Shown: piece by piece, positions 39,911 through 50,725 of the stretch
Layout: the number at the start of each line of letters is the position of its first letter
Position numbering within the stretch: position 1 is the first letter of the stretch
Source of the DNA: Ignavibacteriota bacterium
Lineage (GTDB): Bacteria; Bacteroidota; Ignavibacteria; UBA10030
Length of the DNA: 64,000 nt
Reading direction: 5' to 3'
Assembly: GCA_963727825.1 (NCBI GenBank)
Contig: CAVSHO010000001.1
Location: forward strand, 84,926 to 148,925
Program-made: the position numbers and the translations under genes
Notes under the pieces: generated by a model
What the model saw: the letters and a program-made list of their open reading frames with translations, nothing else
The model's database searches: none
Told to the model about the DNA's origin: nothing

Positions 39911-41017
39911 TTATCGGATGGGAAGTGCGAAATAGAATGTGGCCCCTTTGCCGACTTCCGATTCGACCCAAATTTTTCCGTTATGTGCTTCAATTATTCG
40001 CTGCGAAATGACGAGTCCAAGCCCGGACAATTTTTCTTTATTTGATTTATCAGAGACGAGATCGCGATAACGATCAAAAATTAACGGTAGTTCTTCCGGT
40101 GGAATGCCGGTACCGCTATTAAATACTGAAATCATTACATGCTCAGTCGGCTGTTGTCCTTCTTCCAGCACAAGAGCAACTTTGCGCACTTGCACAACGA
40201 TTGCGCCTTGATGAGGTGTATGAGCAACGGCATTGCTCAAGAAATTTTTTATCACTTGTTCGATTTTTTCGGAATCATATTCAAGCGATGGTAAATCAGG
40301 CTCGGCGTAGAAATCTAAAGTGATGTTGCTTGATTGAATTGGAACATTGAATTCTTGTGTTATATTTTGCGCCGACGTTCCAAGACTGCTGATGCCTTTA
40401 TTCAATCGTACGCGCCCGCCTTCAAGTTTTGTCAAGTCCATCATATCGGTTAAAAGATTTATCACTTTATCGATAGATGTAGTCATATAACCAAGCAATT
40501 CTTTCTGATGATCGCCGAGCGAACCAGCCATTCCCTTGAGCAAGTAGCCGATGCTTTGTCGAAGGCCGGCGATAGGATTGTGGAGATCATAGAGTAGGCG
40601 CGCAGTGTGTTCCGATTGCAAGCGGTGGATTCGGTCTTCGGCATCACGTGCGCGGATAATTCCTTTAAGTTGAGGTACAAGTTGGTCCATATCGATGGGC
40701 TTAGTGAGGTACTCTTTGGCGCCAAGCTTCATCGCTTCAACCGCCATACTAACATCGCTCATTCCCGTCATCATGACGACTTCCGTTTGAGCTGAATTCT
40801 TTTTAATGTAGCGTAGAACTTCCAAACCATTGGCGCCAGGCATTTTAATATCGAGAATGGCAATATCAAAGTCCTTCTCTTGTACTTTCTTTATCGCTTC
40901 TACCCCATCGGCTGCTTGTTCGACATCGAATCCTTCATCAACAAGCCATGCGGCGACTGTCATACGAAGCGGATCTTCGTCATCGGCGATGAGAACTTGA
41001 ATTTTTTCTTCACTCAT
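39911..41017 (-). CDS. Receiver-histidine kinase fusion (REC-HisKA-HATPase), no recognisable sensor domain
   Basis: N-terminal REC (VLIADDEDP...IAILDIKMP...KP). The H-box-like region is LYDLHNPIAGL. HATPase NFLSNAVAHTP, NSGTGIP, LSGLGLV. Confidence 0.85.
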   Translation of the reverse strand: MSEEKIQVLIADDEDPLRMTVAAWLVDEGFDVEQAADGVEAIKKVQEKDFDIAILDIKMPGANGLEVLRYIKKNSAQTEVVMMTGMSDVSMAVEAMKLGAKEYLTKPIDMDQLVPQLKGIIRARDAEDRIHRLQSEHTARLLYDLHNPIAGLRQSIGYLLKGMAGSLGDHQKELLGYMTTSIDKVINLLTDMMDLTKLEGGRVRLNKGISSLGTSAQNITQEFNVPIQSSNITLDFYAEPDLPSLEYDSEKIEQVIKNFLSNAVAHTPHQGAIVVQVRKVALVLEEGQQPTEHVMISVFNSGTGIPPEELPLIFDRYRDLVSDKSNKEKLSGLGLVISQRIIEAHNGKIWVESEVGKGATFYFALPIR

Positions 41018-41265
41018 AAGCGATCGCTTTTGCTGGGTGACACACCTTCCCTATCAGCGCATTCTAATTGTCGAATACAGCATCCAATCTGGAAAAATCT
41101 AGTATCAAGAAGCGCCAATTTTGTAATTTCTACTAACGGAAATAATAACCAGATTCGCTTGAAAAGTCAATTGCTTTCTCCTCTTTTGGCTATATAGAAG
41201 GGTTGAAATTGACATCAAGCACTACTACATTAGAGTACGAACTTCTATCAATCGATCGGTTTACA

Positions 41266-42837
41266 ATGAAAACCCACATTCTCGATGGCAGCCAGCTTAC
41301 TATTCCTGAAGTATTTAACCTTGCGAATAAAACCGCCCGTGCGAAATTAAATTCAACTGCGAAGCAAAAAATCTTGCGAGCGAGAAAACTTGTGGACGGG
41401 TGGACAAACACCGGTGAAGTAGTGTATGGTGTAACAACCGGTTTTGGAGAATTTGCCAATGTGTTGATAAATGCGGAAGATATTGAACAACTTCAAGAAA
41501 ATCTGATTTTCAGCCATGCTGCAGGCGCCGGCGATCCGTTACCGGAAGAAGTGGTGCGAGCAATGATGGCATTACGGGTTAATGCATTGGCAAAAGGATT
41601 TTCAGGGATACGGCTTTCGACGGTAGAATTATTAATAGAAATGTTAAATCGCGATATTATTCCGGTAATCCCTTCACAAGGATCTGTCGGTGCAAGCGGC
41701 GATCTCGTTCAGCTTGCACATTTGGTGTTGGCAATGATGGGGAAGGGAAAAATAAATCCTAAGGGAAATGGAAAAAGTATAAGAGATAAGTTTATTGATT
41801 CGAGTGTAGTACTTCGGAAGAATGGGCTACGGCCGATCCATCTAACTGCGAAGGAAGGGCTTGCGCTCATCAATGGTACGCAAATGATGACAGCATACGC
41901 CGCGCTGGCAGTTCATCAAGCGAAACTTTTAGCAAAGATCGCAGATATTGCTGCTTCGATTAGCGTGGAGGCGCTACGCGGAAGTGACACCGCATTTGAT
42001 GAACGAATTCATCGGCTTCGTCCTTACAAAGGTCAATTGGCAGTTGCAAAGAATATGCGGAGATTAATGTACGGCAGCGAATTGCGTGAGTCTCATAGGC
42101 ACAACGATACGCGTGTGCAAGATGCATATTCGATGCGATGTATTCCACAAGTGCATGGAGCTTCGCGCGATGCAATCGATTATGTATACGATAAAGTTTC
42201 CATAGAAATAAATTCTGCGAACGACAATCCCCTTATATTTCCGGAAGATGGTATTCATCTTGAGGGCGGCAACTTTCATGGTCAGCCAATTGCGCTGGCA
42301 ATGGATTTCCTTGCAATTGCGTTATCAGAACTCGCAAATATTTCTGAACGGCGCATTGAGCGATTAGTAAATGGTTCGCTCAGTGGTTTGCCGCGTTTTC
42401 TGACTCCCGATGGCGGATTGAATTCCGGTCTGATGATTGCGCAGTATACAGCCGCTTCACTAGTTTCAGAAAATAAAGTACTTGCGCATCCGGCGAGTGT
42501 AGATTCTATTCCGACTTCCGCAAATCAAGAGGATCACAATAGCATGGGTTCTATCAGTGCGCAGAAAGCATGGCGTGTACTAAAAAATGCACAGACAGTT
42601 CTTGCCATCGAATTGTTATGCGCCTGTCAGGGAATGGATTTCGCAAGAATATTGGAAGACAAGAGACCACTCAAAGCTGGTGCGGGAACGGAAGTGGCAT
42701 ATCAATTTGTTAGGAAGCGTATTAAGCATCTTGATCGAGATCGAGTGCTTTACAATGATATTCAAAAGACGTTAAGATTAGTTTTAGATGGAAGCATTCT
42801 CCCCGTAGTGGAAAAGAAAACTGGAAAACTGGATTGA
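41266..42837 (+). CDS. hutH: Histidine ammonia-lyase
   Basis: ATG at 41266 (the tracked ORF starts at a TTG at 41203). MIO-forming GSVGASGDLVQLAH. NANDNPL, QEDHNSMG. Confidence 0.9.
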   Translation: MKTHILDGSQLTIPEVFNLANKTARAKLNSTAKQKILRARKLVDGWTNTGEVVYGVTTGFGEFANVLINAEDIEQLQENLIFSHAAGAGDPLPEEVVRAMMALRVNALAKGFSGIRLSTVELLIEMLNRDIIPVIPSQGSVGASGDLVQLAHLVLAMMGKGKINPKGNGKSIRDKFIDSSVVLRKNGLRPIHLTAKEGLALINGTQMMTAYAALAVHQAKLLAKIADIAASISVEALRGSDTAFDERIHRLRPYKGQLAVAKNMRRLMYGSELRESHRHNDTRVQDAYSMRCIPQVHGASRDAIDYVYDKVSIEINSANDNPLIFPEDGIHLEGGNFHGQPIALAMDFLAIALSELANISERRIERLVNGSLSGLPRFLTPDGGLNSGLMIAQYTAASLVSENKVLAHPASVDSIPTSANQEDHNSMGSISAQKAWRVLKNAQTVLAIELLCACQGMDFARILEDKRPLKAGAGTEVAYQFVRKRIKHLDRDRVLYNDIQKTLRLVLDGSILPVVEKKTGKLD

Positions 42838-42873
42838 TGAAATAGTTATTACAATTAAACAGAAAGACGATTT

Positions 42874-43971
42874 ATGAAATTTAAAAAAGAATTCATCAGA
42901 ACTCTGCCAAAAGTTTTGCTGCACGATCATCTTGATGGAGGCGTACGGCCGCAAACTGTAATTGAATTAGCAAAAGATCAGAAGTATAAAAAACTTCCGA
43001 CTACTGATGCTGGCGAGTTGGCGGGATGGTTTCATAGAGGCGCTACTCGCGGAAGTTTATCGCTTTTCCTTGAAGGGTTTGAGCATACTTGCGGTGTGAT
43101 GCAAAATGAAGAAGCGCTTGAACGCGTAGCGTATGAAACATTGGAAGACATGAAAAAAGATGGGGTTGTGTACATCGAATCACGGTTCGCGCCAGTGTTT
43201 CATACCAGCAAGGGGCTTGATCCGAACAAAGTGGTGATGGCAGTACTGCGCGGTTTTGAACGTGGAAAAAAAGATTTTGGAGTTCATTACGGTCTGATCA
43301 TTTGCGCGATGCGGCACATGGATCCATCCGTTTCGCTAGAGATGGCGGAGTTGGCGGTCGATTTCCGGAATCGCGGAGTGGTGGGATTCGATCTTGCAGG
43401 TGAAGAAGGCGGCTATCCTCCGAAGAAACATGTGGATGCGTTTGAATATATCCAACGTGAAAATTTTAATATTACCGTTCATGCAGGCGAAGCATTTGGC
43501 AAAGAATCCATCTGGCAAGCGATTCAATGGTGTGGTGCACATCGCATTGGACATGCAACGCGGCTTATAGAAGATATGCGTGTGAAAAAAGGCGAAGTGT
43601 TGAATATGGGAACGCTTGCACAATATGTATTAGACAAACGAATCCCGCTTGAAATTTGCCTTACCAGCAATGTGCACACAGGTGCGGTGCAGAGCATGGA
43701 AGAACATCCGTTCGGCATTCTCTATCGTTATAAGTTTCGTTGCACGCTTAACACCGACGATCGCCTTATGAGCAATATCACACTCACAGATGAATATTGC
43801 AAGGCAGCAGAAATATTCAGCTTGAAATTTGAAGATCTGGAAAAGCTGACTATCAATGCGATGAAGAGCGCATTCATGCCGTACAAGCAGCGCATCGCAT
43901 TAATTTACGATGTTTTAAAGCCTGGATTTGCAAAAGCGAAAGAGAAACAACGAAGGAGAATTAAACAATGA
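42874..43971 (+). CDS. add: Adenosine deaminase
   Basis: 365 aa with LPKVLLHDHLDGG, ITVHAGE, and a TLNTDD metal/catalytic motif. Confidence 0.85.
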   Translation: MKFKKEFIRTLPKVLLHDHLDGGVRPQTVIELAKDQKYKKLPTTDAGELAGWFHRGATRGSLSLFLEGFEHTCGVMQNEEALERVAYETLEDMKKDGVVYIESRFAPVFHTSKGLDPNKVVMAVLRGFERGKKDFGVHYGLIICAMRHMDPSVSLEMAELAVDFRNRGVVGFDLAGEEGGYPPKKHVDAFEYIQRENFNITVHAGEAFGKESIWQAIQWCGAHRIGHATRLIEDMRVKKGEVLNMGTLAQYVLDKRIPLEICLTSNVHTGAVQSMEEHPFGILYRYKFRCTLNTDDRLMSNITLTDEYCKAAEIFSLKFEDLEKLTINAMKSAFMPYKQRIALIYDVLKPGFAKAKEKQRRRIKQ

Positions 43972-44639
43972 CTTGGATTATATCTTTCCTTTCTATATTA
44001 CTCATTGGAGGACATATGGAAACAAATAACATTCATTGGTTTGGACAATCTGCATTTCGCATCGAAGACGAAACCATGCAAATTTATATTGATCCATTCA
44101 AACTTCCGGCAAACCTGCCCAAAGCGGATATCATTTTTATTACGCATGCTCACTTTGATCACTTTTCAATGGAAGATATTGCCAAGATTAGAACAGAGCA
44201 TACAATTATCGTCGCTCCAAAAGATGTTGCATCTAAATTTGGAGATTCAGCCATTGCTGTCGTTCCGGGGAAAGGTTACACTATCGGCAAGTTGAAAGTG
44301 ACAACGGTACCAGCGTACAATATAGATAAGAAATTTCATCCCAAATCAAACGGATGGGTGGGTTATATTATAACATTGTCGAATGGTCAGAAGATTTATC
44401 ACGCAGGTGACACGGATTTTATTCCAGAGATGAGGGAGATTATTACAGACATTGCAATGCTGCCGTGCGGCGGCACTTATACAATGACGGCAAAACAAGC
44501 TGCTGAAGCTGCGAATGTATTTAAACCAAAACTGCTTATTCCGATGCATTACGGTAGCATTGTCGGTTCTAATGCAGATGCAGATACAGTAAAGAAATTG
44601 TTCAAAGGTGAAACGAAAATACTTGCTCCCGAACGATAA
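43968..44639 (+). CDS. MBL-fold metallo-hydrolase (UPF0173-like)
   Basis: ATGA overlap with the add stop. ITHAHFDHF (HxHxDH motif), YHAGDT. The alternative start Met at 44016 would remove a hydrophobic 16-aa leader. Confidence 0.7.
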   Translation: MTWIISFLSILLIGGHMETNNIHWFGQSAFRIEDETMQIYIDPFKLPANLPKADIIFITHAHFDHFSMEDIAKIRTEHTIIVAPKDVASKFGDSAIAVVPGKGYTIGKLKVTTVPAYNIDKKFHPKSNGWVGYIITLSNGQKIYHAGDTDFIPEMREIITDIAMLPCGGTYTMTAKQAAEAANVFKPKLLIPMHYGSIVGSNADADTVKKLFKGETKILAPER

Positions 44640-44679
44640 TCTTTCATCTGATTGTTGAGATGCAATGAACAGACGAAGA

Positions 44680-46221
44680 TCAGTTCACCATAAATAAACG
44701 TCCTTTATATTGAACATTGTGCTGGCATTTATAGAGCCGCCATTGCCCGGTTGTTATGATGGGTTTCAAGATAGGCATAGCAGGAGATGAAATAAAGGAA
44801 TGAAAGACATCCAGTGCATTGATGAGTGCATAATCAAATGCCTGACAATCTTCTGCGCGAACATCTTCCGCCATCCATTCTAATCCCTGTGTCCATGGAT
44901 TCTTCGTATTGGTAATAATAATACCATTTTGGTGTTCGGCAAACGAAAAATTTATTTTGCTGTTATGAAGAACCTGTGCGTATGCAAAGGTTTGCATATA
45001 CGGCCGCCCGCAGATGATTACGCTGCCTTTCATATAATCCAATCCAAGGACGCTTGCCTGGTCCGGAATTGCATCCAACGCCTCGGTCAATCCGGCATTC
45101 TCAAGATTTTCAAATTCAAACCACAGAAATCCTGTTGTACAAAAGAAAATCGTTGCAAACAATAACGGAAAGGTTGTCCGATAGATAGAAGGAATTTTCG
45201 GCTCGGGCAAAGCCAGTAAAAAAAATGTCAGGGCGATAGGCATCCAACGGGAGGCAAAGGAGATCGTATTCATATATTTATCCGGCGCAAAAAACCCGAT
45301 TGCTGTAAAAAACAAACCCGTCCAGAGAAAATTAAAATGAATACCAGTGCGTATATTGCCGCGATTGGTAAATAAAGCAATATAACACCACGCGCCAATA
45401 CCGATGAGCACCAGCAATTCCAATGGTCCATGCAGTCCGCCAAGAATGGCATCGATAAGCCATTTCGGATTCAACCGGTCATATGGAAGAGTGTACCAAT
45501 GCGGAGCAATATCGAACTGAAGAGAAGACCGCATAGTGGAAAAACCAATGTACCACAAGAAGCTATACATAAGAATCGGAACTAATGCAATGCTATCACG
45601 AATGATGTGTTGAAATGTGCGATGCCGTCGAAGGTCTTCGATACCGAGATACACTATTCCTACCACCAACCAGATTGCATGCGCTAAGAATAATAGAACA
45701 CTGAATAGAATCACCATGATAATATGATGCGTTGATTTCTGTTCTTCACTTTGGTCAACCACATAAAGATACCATCCGATAAAAACTGGAAAGCCGATAA
45801 TAAAATTAATGAACCCCCAATAGAAACTTGCATTGAATACTAGTATACTTGCAAGTACCGCGGATTCCACGGTACGATGTTGTCGCTTTGCTAAAATAAA
45901 CACAGCAAGAACCCACATGCAAACAAGTTCCAGCATAAGCACCTTACCCGCGGCAATTGGTGAAAACACAAACCAGTCGATTCCTAGCAGTATATATACC
46001 AGAGAATTTGCACCTGACCAATTGATAGAATACTCCTGCATTGCTTTTGGATGCGAAAAGTGCTCAATGAAAAGTTTAATCTGGCCAAGATGTTGCGGAA
46101 GATCTGTCGCAGGAACATACCGTACAAAGAAAAATGGCAGACATACCATAAAGCAAGTAAGAAGCCAAAAGAACCAATTTCGTTTTGATAACTGTGTAAA
46201 CAGTGACAAATTCATATACAA
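44680..46221 (-). CDS. Polytopic integral membrane protein (about 12+ helices), function unknown
   Basis: 513 aa, strongly hydrophobic through about residue 390 with a soluble C-terminal tail. The architecture is reminiscent of lipid-carrier-dependent glycosyltransferases, but no motif was verified. Confidence 0.45.
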   Translation of the reverse strand: MYMNLSLFTQLSKRNWFFWLLTCFMVCLPFFFVRYVPATDLPQHLGQIKLFIEHFSHPKAMQEYSINWSGANSLVYILLGIDWFVFSPIAAGKVLMLELVCMWVLAVFILAKRQHRTVESAVLASILVFNASFYWGFINFIIGFPVFIGWYLYVVDQSEEQKSTHHIIMVILFSVLLFLAHAIWLVVGIVYLGIEDLRRHRTFQHIIRDSIALVPILMYSFLWYIGFSTMRSSLQFDIAPHWYTLPYDRLNPKWLIDAILGGLHGPLELLVLIGIGAWCYIALFTNRGNIRTGIHFNFLWTGLFFTAIGFFAPDKYMNTISFASRWMPIALTFFLLALPEPKIPSIYRTTFPLLFATIFFCTTGFLWFEFENLENAGLTEALDAIPDQASVLGLDYMKGSVIICGRPYMQTFAYAQVLHNSKINFSFAEHQNGIIITNTKNPWTQGLEWMAEDVRAEDCQAFDYALINALDVFHSFISSPAMPILKPIITTGQWRLYKCQHNVQYKGRLFMVN

Positions 46222-46334
46222 TTATTCTCCAAATATGTTTAAAAGTATAAACGATACACGTATTGCTAAAGTTTTTAACCAGCTCTTTTATTGCACCCTG
46301 TATTTAATCAGTACAATCAGAGAAATGCGTAAAG

Positions 46335-47594
46335 TCATTTTACCATCTGCAAAAACCTTTCTTTATCTCTCCTATGAATCCGGATTTTCATTTTTACCTT
46401 TCCTTCTTCATAAGTTCGTTCTAATACTTCACCTACGTCATGCAGTTGTGCAATAATTTTTTGTTTTGAGTCAGACAGTACAATTTCTTCAATCATAAAT
46501 TCTTTTTCTAACATTTGCGCAACTGCTTCTTTGAATCCGAGAATATTTATTCCTCTGACTGCGGAGATGAACACACAGTTAGGATGCTTTTCGGATAACG
46601 TCGGCAAGACACTTCGATCTTGAAGCATGTCAATTTTATTGAAGACAACCAATGTAGGTGTATCGCCAGCACCAAGGTCTTCTAATGTTTCTTGCACAAC
46701 ATTGATTTGATCTTCGAAGTAAGGACTCGATATATCCACCACATGGAGAAGAATGTCGGCTTCCGTTATTTCCTCCAACGTACTCTTGAACGATGCAACA
46801 AGATGATGCGGCAATTTGCGGATGAAACCGACGGTGTCCGTCATAAGAATTGATACGGCGGAATCAAGCGGGACGAGCCGCGTTGTCGGATCGAGTGTCG
46901 CAAAAAGCCGGTTCTCGACGAAAACATCTGAACCAGCAAGCAGATTTAAAAGTGTCGATTTACCAACATTTGTGTAGCCCACAAGTGCAGTGCGAGTGTG
47001 CTTAGTACGACCTTGGCGTTGTGTTACACGTTGTTTAGATATACGTTCAAGCTTTTCTTTTAAAGTACTAATGCGTGTTCGGATCAGCCGGCGGTCTGTT
47101 TCGATTTGCGTTTCGCCAGGACCTTTTGTGCCGATACCACCGAATTGTTTTGACAAATGCGTCCATTGGCGCGTGAGGCGCGGCAGAAGATACTCAAGCT
47201 GAGCAAGTTCCACTTGCGTTTTCGCTTCACTGGACTTTGCGCGCGATGCAAAAATGTCGAGGATTAATCCGCTGCGGTCGAGCACCTTACATTCCATTAG
47301 GCGCTCAAGATTTCGTACCTGCGCAGGCGAGAGATCGTCATCAAAAATTACAAGTGGAATAGTTTCGTTCTTCAATCGCTGATGCAATTCTTCAACCTTC
47401 CCTTTACCGATGTACGTGGCCGGCTCAGGATGATCGCGATCCTGTGTTATTCTTCCAACAACTTCTGCTCCCGCTGTGTCTGCGAGTAATGCAAGCTCGG
47501 TGAGTGACTCGTCAACCTCAGCTTTCAAATTCAAACGCGTCGGCACTCCAACGAGAATACACTTTTCTTTTCCAGTTTGAGCTAATTCAATCAT
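46335..47594 (-). CDS. hflX: GTPase HflX
   Basis: 419 aa with the HflX N-domain and the G motifs GYTNVGKSTLLN, DTVGF and NKID. Confidence 0.9.
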   Translation of the reverse strand: MIELAQTGKEKCILVGVPTRLNLKAEVDESLTELALLADTAGAEVVGRITQDRDHPEPATYIGKGKVEELHQRLKNETIPLVIFDDDLSPAQVRNLERLMECKVLDRSGLILDIFASRAKSSEAKTQVELAQLEYLLPRLTRQWTHLSKQFGGIGTKGPGETQIETDRRLIRTRISTLKEKLERISKQRVTQRQGRTKHTRTALVGYTNVGKSTLLNLLAGSDVFVENRLFATLDPTTRLVPLDSAVSILMTDTVGFIRKLPHHLVASFKSTLEEITEADILLHVVDISSPYFEDQINVVQETLEDLGAGDTPTLVVFNKIDMLQDRSVLPTLSEKHPNCVFISAVRGINILGFKEAVAQMLEKEFMIEEIVLSDSKQKIIAQLHDVGEVLERTYEEGKVKMKIRIHRRDKERFLQMVK

Positions 47595-47612
47595 ATTGAT
47601 TCTTTCATACTA

Positions 47613-49795
47613 TTATATTTGCTTCACTGCCGAAGAGTGATAATGTTTGTTATCTCGTGCTACGAACATTTCGATAATAGCAATAAGCAGTGCGGCGATA
47701 AGGAATTGTTTCCAAAGTTCAGTACCAAAACGTGATTCTGTGATAATGCGCTGCACCTCTTGCATCTGATTCACCTTGTGTATTGAGTGGTCCACAATAC
47801 CGATCCGGTTAAACATGTTAAATATATGTTTCTCGTCTGAAGGCATTGTGTTTGATTCGTCCGGATCAACATTAACGACAAACTTGTCTAATATCAAGTT
47901 ATCAGATGCTATGGTATAGAATCCCGGTAAGTCATTATCGGAAAACCGAACACTTCTTTCTGCCGCAACTTGCTGAGGGTTTATAAAGATTTGCGTGCCG
48001 CCCGGTTTTGTAATTGTGAGTTTTAGCGGAATGGTTGTGCGAAGATGAATAACTGCTTCTTCGTCAATTAATAACGAATGTTCCATTGCTGATTTTTGCA
48101 CAAGATACGCGAGTGAACGATGCACTAACAGAACGAACAATCCTTTCAGCGGCAAATCCGACCACTCGGTATTAGCAGCAACACTGAACAATAATACACG
48201 TCCTCTGCCAACTTGTTCTTCTATCAAGAATGGATGCCCGTTTGTAAGTGTAATAATGGATTGTGATTTCGATGTCGTAGAAAAAAAAGATGATTTACTA
48301 ATATGCGGAGATTCTAGTACACGCTGCCGATCTGATGTTCCCGACGATGGTTTTACTTTGGCTTCTTCAAACATTCCAGTAAATAGCGGATGGTGTAAAT
48401 CGACTTTGTCGAATTCAATGAATGAATTGGCTGATTGCAATTTTACATCATCTGCTGATGTCGCAGCAGTTGAGATACCAAGCGGTACAGCTATGGTGGT
48501 ATTAAATGCGTTGTTAGTTGTTTGTGTGCCTGGGAAGAAAATCATCCCACCGCCATTTTGAAGGTATATTTTTAGTGCGAGAGATTGGTCATGCGTTAGT
48601 TCATGCGGATTGGAAAGGATGACGACATCGGTATTGTTCAAATGGGATGATGAAAAACGGTCACACGTTATTTGATTTATATTTAAACTCACACTGCTAT
48701 CAGTGAGTCGGGTGGCAAGTGCAATGCGAAGATAAGTAGAGGTCGGATGTGCTGCCGACAAGAAGAACATGAAGTATTTCTGGAATATGTACCTGTGAAA
48801 AACCGTGTGTTGTCAAATTCAAGATCGTCATCTTCCAATTCAATTTTTCCCTCGATGAATCCTGGATGATTTGGAACAAACGTGAACTCTGTTTCCACTG
48901 ATTGTCCAGCATGGATATCAATCCCTTTTTGTCCCACGCGGCTTCCATCTTGATAGACACTTACAATATGATTCTGCAGGTTTGAAGTGCCATGGTTTAT
49001 CAGCTTCGCTTTCACGGTAAAGGGTTTGTTCACTTCAAAAATTGTGCTCGGTATTGCTATCGATTCTATTGAAACATTTTGTAATTCGCGTTTGCCAAGA
49101 GGAATGAGAAAGAATTGTATCGTCTGCGCGAATAGTTTCTCGTTGGTTTTTACCGCGTGTGTTTTGGATTCAAGTGATCCAGATTGGAAGTCGGATATAA
49201 GATAGACTTCTTTATTAAAGTTTTGAGATGAGGCAAGTAAGCGAGAGGAAAAGCGAAGTGCATCTTCAATCGTACGATGGACATATGATGGCTTGATTTC
49301 ATTGATAGCGCTTCGGATTGCAGGAAAGTTTTGCTGGGCAGAAGGAATTTCGGATGTTCCTTCGACTGGAACATCGGAAAGTTTAAGAAGAAAAACTTCG
49401 TCGCCATCCTTTAAAAGGTCCAACACCGCGCTTGCAGCGTTTTTTGCTTGGTGAAGTAATTCTCCCTGTTCATCGCTCGCGGTCATACTTTGCGAATCAT
49501 CAAATACAATAACTGCAGTTGTCTTTGCCTGTTCGGCAAGACCACCAGGGAGCGAACCTTTTAATGTCGGGCGAGAGAATGCGAATACGACAAGGACAAC
49601 TAACAAAGTGCGAAGAACCAGCAAGAGCAATTGACGAAGTTTAAGCCGGCGGATTTTTGTTTTCTGTAATTCCTTTAGGAATGAGAGCGTGCTGAATTCA
49701 ATTGTTTTTAACTTGCGCAGATTGAAAATGTGCAGCAGAATGGGAATGCCGGCTGCAAGAAGTCCAATCAGTACTATGGGGTTAAGAAAAGTCAA
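47613..49795 (-). pseudogene. BatA-type N-terminal double-TM / vWA-domain protein, interrupted by +1 frameshift(s)
   Basis: TTG at 49795 gives MTFLNPIVLIGLLAAGIPILLHIF (the typical BatA-domain start). Frame 1 runs to ...LEFDNTRFFT. A third frame reads VHIPEILHVLLVGS (48.79-48.75 kb). The remaining 385 aa continue in another frame from ...STYLRIALATRL. Confidence 0.7.
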
Positions 49796-49908
49796 TGTGC
49801 GTTCTATTCTGATAGATAATCTATAGTAACTTAATCTGAAGATGTGCGAAAAGCAAGAAGGCAAAAATATCAAATATTTTGTATCTTGTAAACAAAAAGG
49901 AAAATATC

Positions 49909-50691
49909 ATGCTGCAAGTTGCAATTGAAGCCGCACTCGAAGCGGGAAAATTTCTAAAAATGAATGTTGGGAAAATTCGTCATATTGAACATAAAGGCGG
50001 ACAGAAAACCAATCTCGTAACCGAAATAGATAAGAAGTCGGAACAAATGATCATCAGTAAAATCAAGCAGCATTTTCCGCATCACGATTTTCTTTGTGAG
50101 GAATCCGGTGCCGCAGAAGTGAAATCCGAATACCGGTGGATCATTGATCCTTTAGACGGGACAGTGAACTACACTCATGCTTTGCCTATCTATACTGTGT
50201 CTATCGGTTTGGAATACAAAGGAGAGATTATTTTGGGTGTTGTCTACGATCCAAGTTTAGATGAATTGTATACCGCTGAAAAAGGTAAGGGTGCGTGGTT
50301 AAATAAGAAGCGTATAGAAGTTACTAAGACAACGAAGTTGATTGAAAGTCTCGTTGTTACCGGATTTGCGTATGATGTGAACGAGCGTCCTGAACCTTCG
50401 GTCACGCACTTCAGAAATTTTCTTGCGGAAGCACAGGCAATTCGGCGGCTGGGATCGGCTGCGCTTGATTTATGCTATGTTGCCGCAGGACGATTCGAAG
50501 GTTTTTGGGAAGGGGTGATTCGTCCATGGGATATGGCAGCAGGAGTATTGATTGTAATGGAAGCGGGCGGAAAATGGACTGATTTCCGTGGTTTTCCATC
50601 AAGTATTTATAAAGAAGAAATGCTCGCAACGAACGGATTGATTCACGAACAAATGATTGCAGTACTGAAGAAGGGAATGAAAAATAAATAA
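49909..50691 (+). CDS. suhB: Inositol monophosphatase family protein (SuhB-like)
   Basis: ATG at 49909 with AAGGAA upstream. Motifs EESG, WIIDPLDGTVNY, WDMAAG. Confidence 0.85.
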   Translation: MLQVAIEAALEAGKFLKMNVGKIRHIEHKGGQKTNLVTEIDKKSEQMIISKIKQHFPHHDFLCEESGAAEVKSEYRWIIDPLDGTVNYTHALPIYTVSIGLEYKGEIILGVVYDPSLDELYTAEKGKGAWLNKKRIEVTKTTKLIESLVVTGFAYDVNERPEPSVTHFRNFLAEAQAIRRLGSAALDLCYVAAGRFEGFWEGVIRPWDMAAGVLIVMEAGGKWTDFRGFPSSIYKEEMLATNGLIHEQMIAVLKKGMKNK

Positions 50692-50725
50692 GAGTTATCT
50701 AAAAATATATTATTACAATCAGACT

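Noticed and set aside
45833-46456. 207-aa plus-strand ORF spanning the 5' end of the membrane-protein gene and the 3' end of hflX.
   Set aside because: It overlaps two well-supported minus-strand genes and has no motif, and its composition looks like antisense translation of hydrophobic codons.
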